Below are positions 57,101-63,982 of a stretch of 64,000 nt of DNA, piece after piece. The DNA lies in the IMG/VR virus record IMGVR_UViG_3300045988_123324, positions 32,001 to 96,000 of that record; one strand, given 5' to 3'. Made by a program: the position numbers and the translations under genes. This DNA is from a virus. The notes under the pieces are model-generated. The model did not search any database. It saw nothing but the letters and a program-made list of their open reading frames with translations, and was not told the DNA's origin. Numbering within the stretch: the first letter of the stretch is position 1; the number at the start of each line of letters is the position of its first letter.

Positions 57101-57106
57101 ATATGC

Positions 57107-57135
57107 ATTATATCACAGAAAAAACCGCTTGTCAA
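57107..57135 (-). promoter_or_regulatory. sigma-A-type promoter TTGACA-17-TATAAT driving block B (divergent partner of the early promoter)
   Basis: Minus strand reads TTGACA, then AGCGGTTTTTTCTGTGA (17 nt), then TATAAT. Confidence 0.65.
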
Positions 57136-57168
57136 CAGTTTTTTAAAATTTTTTTTATTAAATTAGTA

Positions 57169-57197
57169 TTGACAAACTGATTTTATTTTGATATAAT
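57169..57197 (+). promoter_or_regulatory. sigma-A-type promoter TTGACA-17-TATAAT (first plus-strand early promoter)
   Basis: TTGACA, then AACTGATTTTATTTTGA (17 nt), then TATAAT. Its -35 lies 34 bp from the -35 of the divergent promoter. Confidence 0.7.
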
Positions 57198-57268
57198 GAA
57201 CAACAATAAGTGCTGTCCGCAAAGTATGATAGCACAGAAGGTAAATTTTGTCAATAGTAGGAGGAAAT

Positions 57269-57502
57269 ATGAAACAGAAATATAGGACGGCAATCTACAA
57301 TATTGCACACAACATTCCAGACAGCCTAAAAGAAAATGAAGAATATGTGCATCTTATTGCAAGACATTTAATGAAAAGACTTTATGATTTAACGGATATT
57401 AGTTATATATTTGTTGTTATTAATGAATTAGCAAATGGAACAAAGCATAAAAAGGATAAAGAAGTTATAAGACACTTTTATACTGAGTTAAGTGTGATAT
57501 AA
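57269..57502 (+). CDS. hypothetical early protein
   Basis: ATG preceded by TAGGAGGAAAT. 77 aa. Confidence 0.55.
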   Translation: MKQKYRTAIYNIAHNIPDSLKENEEYVHLIARHLMKRLYDLTDISYIFVVINELANGTKHKKDKEVIRHFYTELSVI

Positions 57503-57521
57503 AAATTTTCTGAAAATTATA

Positions 57522-57550
57522 TTGACATTAGCCATAATTTGTGCTATACT
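57522..57550 (+). promoter_or_regulatory. sigma-A-type promoter TTGACA-17-TATACT
   Basis: TTGACA, then TTAGCCATAATTTGTGC (17 nt), then TATACT. Confidence 0.65.
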
Positions 57551-57585
57551 CTAATATAGAATTATATGTGGTCTTGGAGGAAGAT

Positions 57586-58116
57586 ATGATACAAAAACAC
57601 ACAGGAAGTAAAAATGTTCAAGGAACGATTACTTTGAACAAGACAGCACTTTCTGATATTGGTGAGTTATACAGACTTATGCCCTCTGCTGCGCGAATTT
57701 GGTTCTTGCTTATCGCTTACGCAGACGATAATAATGCAATTATAACAGATACTTCGACAATATCAAAAATGCTTGGAATGGATATTAAGAGAGTAGAATG
57801 TGCGTTACACAAGCTAGTTGAGAATGGTTATATTACAATTATTCTTGTAAAACTAAGGCATGAAAATGATTTGATTGGCGTACAGCATGATGAAGAAATG
57901 TACGAAAACACTGAAAAAGAAGTTTGGCGTGTTGTGCGTGAGAAATATCTAGGAACAATTAAATTCTCTGAGAAGAAACTAAAGATACGAATAAATGAAA
58001 ATATAGTACAGTGTAGCAATAATCAGAGAAACAATATACTTATTGGCTTAGACAAAGATGGAAAAGTGTTTTATGACACAAGGATTAGGGATAACGAAAT
58101 TATTTGGGAACTTTAA
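57586..58116 (+). CDS. winged-helix DNA-binding protein (regulator or replication organiser)
   Basis: GGAGGAAGAT RBS. ISKMLGMDIKRVECALHKLVENGYITI is a wHTH-like segment. Confidence 0.5.
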   Translation: MIQKHTGSKNVQGTITLNKTALSDIGELYRLMPSAARIWFLLIAYADDNNAIITDTSTISKMLGMDIKRVECALHKLVENGYITIILVKLRHENDLIGVQHDEEMYENTEKEVWRVVREKYLGTIKFSEKKLKIRINENIVQCSNNQRNNILIGLDKDGKVFYDTRIRDNEIIWEL

Positions 58117-58128
58117 GTGAGGGAAGAC

Positions 58129-58299
58129 ATGAAATTACAGAACACAAATATAAATATCAGGGTTACAAAGAAGATGCGCGAACAGTTAGTTGAGATCTCA
58201 AAAGAGCGTGGAGTAAGCTATTCTTCTGTGCTACGTAAAATGATTAAGGAATATATTGCAAGGAATGGGGAGATTGATCTCCTTGATGAGGACGAGTAA
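58129..58299 (+). CDS. ribbon-helix-helix (CopG/Arc-like) protein
   Basis: INIRVTKKMREQLVEISKERGVSYSSVLRKMI fits a beta-strand, helix, helix pattern. 56 aa. Confidence 0.55.
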   Translation: MKLQNTNINIRVTKKMREQLVEISKERGVSYSSVLRKMIKEYIARNGEIDLLDEDE

Positions 58300-59099
58300 T
58301 GTTTGAGCATGAGAGACTTCTATCTTCAAAACTAGAAGAAAATGTGTTTTCGTTTCGCGCAAAGAAAGACAAAATATTTTTAGTCACCTTATCAGACTTA
58401 CACGTTGGAGCAGGGGATAGGAATTATATCAAGGAAATAATAAAGTTTATTTTATCTGTACCAAATATGTATGTAGTCCTTGGTGGAGACATGGTAAATA
58501 ATACAACAAAAACTTCAAAGGGAACTACACTTGAGGAATATGCAAGTGGACAAGAACAAATAAATCTATTGGTGGAATATTTGAAGCCTCTTGCTGATGA
58601 TAATAGAATTATTGCCGTTGTTGGTGGGGGAAATCATGAAAGACGGTCATATAATGACTGCTTTATCTCTCTACCACAGATGATTGCAACACTTCTTGGG
58701 ATACCAGATCTATATGTTGGAGAATTTGGCATTGGATATATCAATGTAAACAAAAACTGCTATATGTACGGTGTTGTCCACCAACACAGAAAGACAAGAA
58801 ACTATTATGAGCACATGAATATGGATATTCTAATCATGGAACATACGCATGAACTAGATATTCGTCAAAAGCTAGTAATGGAACACAATAAATATGCAAA
58901 AAAGACTTATCTAAAACTTATATATGAAGTAGACAATGGTTCTGCTCTTGCGTTGCCGTCCTATGCAAAATTTGCAGGATATAGACCACTGCCAGTTGGA
59001 TGCTATATCGCTGAACTTAGTGGGAACAGCAGGAATATAACTATGTGGAAGGATGTTGATTTATATAATGCAATCAAGCAAGGCTATCGAACCAATTAA
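58299..59099 (+). CDS. calcineurin-like metallophosphoesterase
   Basis: Motifs LSDLHVG, GGDMVNN, GGNHE and EHTHE, in the canonical order. Confidence 0.8.
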   Translation: MFEHERLLSSKLEENVFSFRAKKDKIFLVTLSDLHVGAGDRNYIKEIIKFILSVPNMYVVLGGDMVNNTTKTSKGTTLEEYASGQEQINLLVEYLKPLADDNRIIAVVGGGNHERRSYNDCFISLPQMIATLLGIPDLYVGEFGIGYINVNKNCYMYGVVHQHRKTRNYYEHMNMDILIMEHTHELDIRQKLVMEHNKYAKKTYLKLIYEVDNGSALALPSYAKFAGYRPLPVGCYIAELSGNSRNITMWKDVDLYNAIKQGYRTN

Positions 59100-59499
59100 A
59101 CAATTTAAGAGTATAAGAGAACTAAAAGATTGTGCTAAGTGGTGGCAAAAAAGACTGTTTTTGGAGAACTGGTTTATAAAGTATGAACTTGTGGATAAGC
59201 GACTTGCAAAAGAAAGTGGAGAACCTATTGATGGATATTGCCAATTTTCAGTAGAAAACAAGGAAGCAAAGATAGTTATTTCAAATATGCCAACAGAAGA
59301 AGGTATCGTTGAATTTTCAGCAGAACTCACACTTGTTCATGAGCTTTTACATATAAAAAGAGAGTATTTGCCAAGGTCATACAGTGAAGAAGACGTTGAA
59401 TCTTTTGAAGATATTTTACTCCATCAAAGCCAAGAAGAAATGGCTAAGACACTTCTTCTAACAAAATATGGCATTGAAAAGGATTGGTTTTTAAGATGA
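59068..59499 (+). CDS. HExxH zinc metallopeptidase-like protein
   Basis: LVHELLHI motif preceded by an SprT/ImmA-like layout. Start is uncertain (overlaps the upstream gene). Confidence 0.55.
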   Translation: MQSSKAIEPIKQFKSIRELKDCAKWWQKRLFLENWFIKYELVDKRLAKESGEPIDGYCQFSVENKEAKIVISNMPTEEGIVEFSAELTLVHELLHIKREYLPRSYSEEDVESFEDILLHQSQEEMAKTLLLTKYGIEKDWFLR

Positions 59500-60164
59500 G
59501 ATTTGACAATGACAAGGAAATCAACCTAAAAAACAACAAGGAAAGAGATAGATTCTACAAGAAAATGTCTGAGGAACAGAAGCTATTCTTTCATTCTATT
59601 AAAGGAAACATCTTTACTTTTTGCGAAGCCGTTGCGGGAACAGGTAAAAGCCATGTTTCTGTCGCGGCTATGGTTGATATGCTTGCAAATGGAGAAATAG
59701 ATAAAATCGTTTACATTCAAAAAGCATCTGAAAGATATTTAGAGCATGGATTTCTTCCTGGTGGCATTGAAGAAAAAACAGAAGCACTTTGGACACCATT
59801 TTATGACGCTATGCTAACATTAGGATACTTCCCAGAGACAGTAAGTAGGATGGTACAACAAGGCATTATTCAACTAACAACGGATTCAACCCTACGTGGC
59901 ATAAATCTTGAGAACGCAGGAGTAATACTGGACGAATGTGAGTCGATGGATACAGAAACACTTAAATTGATTTTTACCAGGTGTCATGATTCATGTCACG
60001 TAGTAATGATTGGGGATATTAAACAAAAAGATAACAGAGGACGAAATGACTATTTCGTTGCCTATGGAGACTATTTAGCAAACAGTAAATTAGGAAACAA
60101 GTGCTATCTAACGAAGAACTATAGAGGAAAGTTTAGTCAGTTAGCAGAGGATTTTGGGGGTTAA
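59496..60164 (+). CDS. PhoH-like ATPase
   Basis: Walker A AVAGTGKSH, Walker B VILDECESMD, then GDIKQKD, as in PhoH-family proteins. Confidence 0.7.
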   Translation: MRFDNDKEINLKNNKERDRFYKKMSEEQKLFFHSIKGNIFTFCEAVAGTGKSHVSVAAMVDMLANGEIDKIVYIQKASERYLEHGFLPGGIEEKTEALWTPFYDAMLTLGYFPETVSRMVQQGIIQLTTDSTLRGINLENAGVILDECESMDTETLKLIFTRCHDSCHVVMIGDIKQKDNRGRNDYFVAYGDYLANSKLGNKCYLTKNYRGKFSQLAEDFGG

Positions 60165-60166
60165 TC

Positions 60167-60346
60167 ATGAATAAATACAGAGTAGCATTTAATGTAGACG
60201 GTAAGATTAATTATATAACCGTTGACGCGACGTATTATGTGAGACAAGAAGGATTTGTTGATTTTATAAGGATCAAAGAAGATGGAGACGATGAAGAAGT
60301 GTTTTCTATCAAGATCGACCACGTTATCAGTATTTTAAAATCTTAA
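60167..60346 (+). CDS. hypothetical 59-aa protein
   Basis: ATG lies 2 nt after the PhoH-like stop. Frame is open to the TAA at 60344-60346. Below the ORF-track cut-off. Confidence 0.4.
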   Translation: MNKYRVAFNVDGKINYITVDATYYVRQEGFVDFIRIKEDGDDEEVFSIKIDHVISILKS

Positions 60347-60369
60347 CCAAATTTTAATTTAGAGATGTA

Positions 60370-60398
60370 TTGACATCTCTATTTTTATATGTTAATAT
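60370..60398 (+). promoter_or_regulatory. sigma-A-type promoter TTGACA-17-TAATAT
   Basis: TTGACA, then TCTCTATTTTTATATGT (17 nt), then TAATAT. The -35 sits inside the hairpin AGAGATGT/ACATCTCT (60361-60380), which also looks like a terminator. Confidence 0.6.
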
Positions 60399-60425
60399 GT
60401 AGACATAGAAAGAGAGGTAATAGAA

Positions 60426-60680
60426 ATGGCAACCATGATTTTATCAGTGATTTTTGTTTTTGCATCAACATATCTTTTTAAGAACAAGAAGTACATTCTT
60501 GGACTGGTTAGTTTCCTTATCGGCGGGGCATTTGCTCTATTTACACAAAACCCACCATCTGTGGTGTTCCTTGCACTGCTTATTGCTTGGTTTACCACAC
60601 CAGTAAAGCCGACCAAGGCAACAAAGAAAAGCCCAGTGGGGGGTTTCAGAAAGCCCACCATGAGTTATATGATGAGGTAA
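60426..60680 (+). CDS. three-helix membrane protein with basic tail
   Basis: 84 aa with three hydrophobic segments and an AGAGAGGT RBS. Could be holin-like or an exclusion protein. Function unknown. Confidence 0.55.
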   Translation: MATMILSVIFVFASTYLFKNKKYILGLVSFLIGGAFALFTQNPPSVVFLALLIAWFTTPVKPTKATKKSPVGGFRKPTMSYMMR

Positions 60681-60682
60681 AT

Positions 60683-60868
60683 ATGAGGGATTATACAATA
60701 AAATCGTGCAGTAGTGATATATCCTTTTGTGCAGGAAACTGCTCAAACATGGACTGTGACAGAAACATGGATGGTGCGTTATTCAACAGAGCAAAGAGAG
60801 CAAAAGATTTTTACTATGCAGTATGCGATTTTAGCAAAGAATGTAGTAAATATAAGGAGAAGAAATGA
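60683..60868 (+). CDS. small Cys-rich protein
   Basis: Start taken at ATG 60683 after GAGG. Sequence is MRDYTIKSCSSDISFCAGNCSNMDCDRN..CDFSKEC. Confidence 0.45.
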   Translation: MRDYTIKSCSSDISFCAGNCSNMDCDRNMDGALFNRAKRAKDFYYAVCDFSKECSKYKEKK

Positions 60869-61179
60869 ATTTCCATTGGTTGACAGGTCACAAATATAAG
60901 CTAAAAAAGCTATTATATCGTGCAGTGATTGAAAACAGTTATGGGGCGAACTATTATAGAATAACAGCATTTGGCTACTATGTATGTAGCTGTGGAAAAG
61001 CAAAGATAGAGCCACTAAACATAACTGATATGTCAATGGACGAAAAGAGATTTGAAGACAAAGTGAACTATCTTCGCTCACTTGGATACGTAGACGATAT
61101 GGAATTTTATGGGTGGTTAGCAAATGAAGCATCCGACGAACAAAAGACAGAGGATACTAATACAGAAGAGAAAGAATAG
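60865..61179 (+). CDS. hypothetical protein
   Basis: 104-aa ORF with a 4-nt overlap with the previous gene. Confidence 0.45.
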   Translation: MNFHWLTGHKYKLKKLLYRAVIENSYGANYYRITAFGYYVCSCGKAKIEPLNITDMSMDEKRFEDKVNYLRSLGYVDDMEFYGWLANEASDEQKTEDTNTEEKE

Positions 61180-61369
61180 AATTTTATTTAATAGAATACG
61201 TGGATATAGGTATGTAGTACCTATATGGTATAAAAATGGTGTCCCAAAGCGGTACTATTTTCAGTCAAAATACTGGAAAAACCAAGCCAACAGATACATT
61301 CGGCGCAAGAAATTAAGTAAAATCAAGCAATATAAAAAAGAATACCCATATATATGGAAGATATGGTAA
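61124..61369 (+). CDS. highly basic hypothetical protein
   Basis: 81 aa, Lys/Arg/Tyr/Trp-rich, GGTGG 7 nt before the ATG. Overlaps the previous ORF by 56 nt. Confidence 0.35.
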   Translation: MKHPTNKRQRILIQKRKNRILFNRIRGYRYVVPIWYKNGVPKRYYFQSKYWKNQANRYIRRKKLSKIKQYKKEYPYIWKIW

Positions 61370-61414
61370 TAAGGCAACAGAACAACAGGTTGCCTTATTG
61401 CTTTACAGCAAATA

Positions 61415-61443
61415 TTGACATTTATCTTTAACCATGATATAAT
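61415..61443 (+). promoter_or_regulatory. sigma-A-type promoter TTGACA-17-TATAAT
   Basis: TTGACA, then TTTATCTTTAACCATGA (17 nt), then TATAAT. Preceded by hairpin AAGGCAAC/GTTGCCTT (61371-61396). Confidence 0.7.
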
Positions 61444-61479
61444 AGTAATATAATACTTATAGAAAGGTGGAGATAATTT

Positions 61480-62169
61480 ATGCTAATGGAAGAAGATCTT
61501 TTAGCACTATCAACATTAGTGAGCAAGCTACAGATTGAGGGTTATGACGTAGCAACACTAAAGGAGATACTCAAGAAAGAGCGCAAGAAGCTCAATGAGA
61601 GACAGGCAGAGGACTTAAAGTTATACTTCCCAATCAAGTCTAACGTAGGTGTCCGTGTTTCAGAGATTGAGTATGGCTATCGCAATCTACGTCTCAATGT
61701 ACTTATTGAACTTGAGCGTGAGACAGGTGTCTTTGACATCAACAGCAAGCCAGAGCTATTTGAGAGCATCATCCGCAACACACTAATGCAGTGTGCGAGA
61801 AACATCAAGGCAGAATACATTAAGGAAGTAGCAAAGCTAACTGCTGGCACTACACCTCCTGCAAGTTCTACCAAGACAGCGAGTGCATCTAATCCAATCG
61901 TACTAACAATAGGTTCTAACTCACTACAAGTTGAGACAGGTACTATTGACACAGCAGTAGCATGGCAGATCAAGAAGATTGAAGATCATAGCGGCGTAAG
62001 CCTAGATGGTACACATAGTGCAACAACGGCAACAGCAAGCGCACCAATCAAAGTAACACTTTGGGACGGCGTAAGCACAGGCACAGAAGTAACACTAGAA
62101 GCAGTAAGCGGCAACTGGGACGGCAGCTCAATCAGCGGGGCGAGTGTGGCAATCACTGGTGGCGTTTAA
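61480..62169 (+). CDS. hypothetical protein with Thr/Ala/Ser/Gly-rich C-terminal half
   Basis: 229-aa ORF with an AAGGTGGAG RBS. Noticeably GC-richer than neighbouring genes. Confidence 0.5.
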   Translation: MLMEEDLLALSTLVSKLQIEGYDVATLKEILKKERKKLNERQAEDLKLYFPIKSNVGVRVSEIEYGYRNLRLNVLIELERETGVFDINSKPELFESIIRNTLMQCARNIKAEYIKEVAKLTAGTTPPASSTKTASASNPIVLTIGSNSLQVETGTIDTAVAWQIKKIEDHSGVSLDGTHSATTATASAPIKVTLWDGVSTGTEVTLEAVSGNWDGSSISGASVAITGGV

Positions 62170-62228
62170 CAAGTATTCATGGAGGGGGCAGGAATGTCCT
62201 CTCTTTTTAATATAGAAGGAGGAATAAG

Positions 62229-62615
62229 ATGTATATAAAACAAACAGCAGAAATGCTAGGAGTAGAACTCAATGAATATTTTGAAGTATATGACGAAGCA
62301 AACACACTAAAGGGACAATACTGCTTTGATGAAATAGGTTTCCCAGACAGTCATATACTACTAAACATACTCAATGGAACATATACAATGAAGAAGAAAA
62401 AGTTCAAGCCTAAAAACGGGCAAGAATATTTCTTCTTCGCGCCAGACGGGAACTTTTCGGGGGGAATAAACAAAAAAGAATGGAATGATTCCCTCATAGA
62501 TCTAGAACATTATTACACAGGTAATATATATAGATCAAAAGAAGAAGCAAAAAGATATAAAGATGAACTAATGAATAAACTAAGAGAAGAATACACAGGA
62601 GAAGAAAGAGACTAA
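62229..62615 (+). CDS. hypothetical protein
   Basis: 128-aa ORF with an AGGAGG RBS, followed by a terminator. Confidence 0.5.
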   Translation: MYIKQTAEMLGVELNEYFEVYDEANTLKGQYCFDEIGFPDSHILLNILNGTYTMKKKKFKPKNGQEYFFFAPDGNFSGGINKKEWNDSLIDLEHYYTGNIYRSKEEAKRYKDELMNKLREEYTGEERD

Positions 62616-62631
62616 AACAGTCTCTTTTTTT
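62607..62631 (+). terminator. intrinsic terminator ending the plus-strand block
   Basis: AGAGACTAAAACAGTCTCTTTTTTT. Confidence 0.75.
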
Positions 62632-62634
62632 ATT

Positions 62635-62956
62635 ACAGATAAAAGTAAAATACAAAAATTCAAAAAATTATAGAAAGCCTACCAAAACAATTAGAATGTC
62701 ATTAACAGTAAAAAGTTTTTCTCAAACTTGAAAAAATTATAGTGAGTGGATATTACTGCTAAGAACACAGCAAAATATTTAATGGTATTGACAGCAAAAG
62801 TCAGTTTTCAGATCTCAAAAAATTAGAGAGAGTGGATGGTTTAGACGTGTCAACACAGTAAAAAGTTTTTTTCTAAATACCAAAAAATTATAGAGAGTAT
62901 ATTAAAGGTATATACAGATAAAACTCTTTTTCAAATTTTCAAAAAATTATAGAGAG
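62635..62956 (+). repeat. array of five bipartite direct repeats: ACAG(W)AAAAG box, then 25-26 nt later the core CAAAAAATTATAGAGAG
   Basis: Cores at 62661-77, 62730-46, 62816-32, 62881-97 and 62940-56. ACAG boxes at 62635, 62705, 62791, 62855 and 62914. Core-to-core spacing is 69, 86, 65 and 59 nt. No ORFs. Confidence 0.8.
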
Positions 62957-63140
62957 CCTAGAGATACCCCACAGCCGACCCAAACTTGAATCCTACCCCC
63001 TCCTCCTTCATGTATGGAGAGCGCACCGGCTGCGTTCATGATTGACGCAAGAGCTGCTGCGTTCGTGAATGAGAAAAGCTGCGGCTGATTCGTTTTGTCT
63101 GACAATTTATCTATGGGCGGGCAGGGAATTTTCAGACAAT

Positions 63141-63169
63141 AAAAAAGAGAACGGATTTTCTCCGTCCTC
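63141..63169 (-). terminator. intrinsic terminator of the GC-rich minus-strand genes
   Basis: Minus strand reads GAGGACGGAGAAAATCCGTTCTCTTTTTT. Confidence 0.65.
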
Positions 63170-63179
63170 TAATTGAGAA

Positions 63180-63446
63180 TCAGACTTCTTCACCAATCCT
63201 TTTGAGAATGGTTATCACAGTCGCATCGGTGAAGTCTCGACGAAAAATCCGAACATATGAACTCTCAGCCGCCCGCTCGATATCGTCGAACATATCGCCG
63301 ACAGAATAAATCTCGTCGTTAGCATAGGCGCGAAGCGACGTGCCGTCATCCGTCGTGCCGATCTGGTAGGTGTCCACGTAATCCAGCCCTACCACGCGCA
63401 CGATAGCACCATCAAAAACAGCCGCCTTGATCTCTGCAAGTGTCAT
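63180..63446 (-). CDS. hypothetical protein (GC-rich segment)
   Basis: 88-aa ORF. Its codon and GC usage are clearly different from the rest of the window. Confidence 0.5.
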   Translation of the reverse strand: MTLAEIKAAVFDGAIVRVVGLDYVDTYQIGTTDDGTSLRAYANDEIYSVGDMFDDIERAAESSYVRIFRRDFTDATVITILKRIGEEV

Positions 63447-63538
63447 TATAAACCCATCCTAAAATAGCCATAAATTGCCCTAGAATCGTTCTAACGCCGC
63501 CGCCTATAGGAATGTATAGGCGGCAACGCTAAACCCGA

Positions 63539-63982
63539 TCAAACGACAAGATAAGTAATGCGGTGGTGACTTGTCATCCCGTGGCTAGGATGATGCACCT
63601 TGAGACCAATCCCAAACCGCCCGCGATAAGCCTCGCGGTATCCCGTCCCCTTGCGTGACACGTAACCACGCGCAAGCGCGGAATGATGCACAGTCAGCCC
63701 GTTATCGCCTGCCATGTCATGTAGCATTGCGACAAGCACCTTGCGGCACTCGTCAACGTCCTCGCACGCCTCACGCATGATCTTAATGTACTCGTTGAGA
63801 CGTTCCGTCGGATACGATGTCCCATGCGGGCGGTATCCGCATGAGATAACCAACCCATAGGGCGCACCGTCGATCTGGTCGAAACTGTAATAGTCACAGT
63901 TCCAACCATACACGCCCGCGCTATAGGCATAAGGCGTGACCTTGCAAAGTCGCTCCACCTCCTGCATCGCGCAATACGGCAA
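63539..63982 (-). CDS. hypothetical protein (GC-rich segment)
   Basis: 147-aa ORF with no recognised motif. Confidence 0.5.
   Translation of the reverse strand: MPYCAMQEVERLCKVTPYAYSAGVYGWNCDYYSFDQIDGAPYGLVISCGYRPHGTSYPTERLNEYIKIMREACEDVDECRKVLVAMLHDMAGDNGLTVHHSALARGYVSRKGTGYREAYRGRFGIGLKVHHPSHGMTSHHRITYLVV

Noticed and set aside
57100-62640. Lysogeny module (integrase/CI-like repressor) in the divergent early region, which would support a prophage interpretation
   Set aside because: No tyrosine or serine recombinase motifs and no CI/Cro-like pair were recognised. Only small wHTH and RHH proteins are present, so temperate status is unsupported from this window.
62788-62835. TTGACA in repeat unit 3 read as a sigma-A -35 box
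   Set aside because: Only one of the five units has it, and no -10 lies 17 nt downstream. The conserved TATAGAG is about 30 nt away.
62635-62956. Repeat array as a CRISPR array or anti-CRISPR solitary repeat units
   Set aside because: The repeats are AT-rich, degenerate and bipartite. Spacing is variable (59-86 nt) rather than exact 28-37-nt repeats with uniform spacers. There are no cas genes.
63694-63930. 78-aa ORF nested in 63539-63982
   Set aside because: It is an alternative frame in GC-rich DNA, where long spurious ORFs are common.
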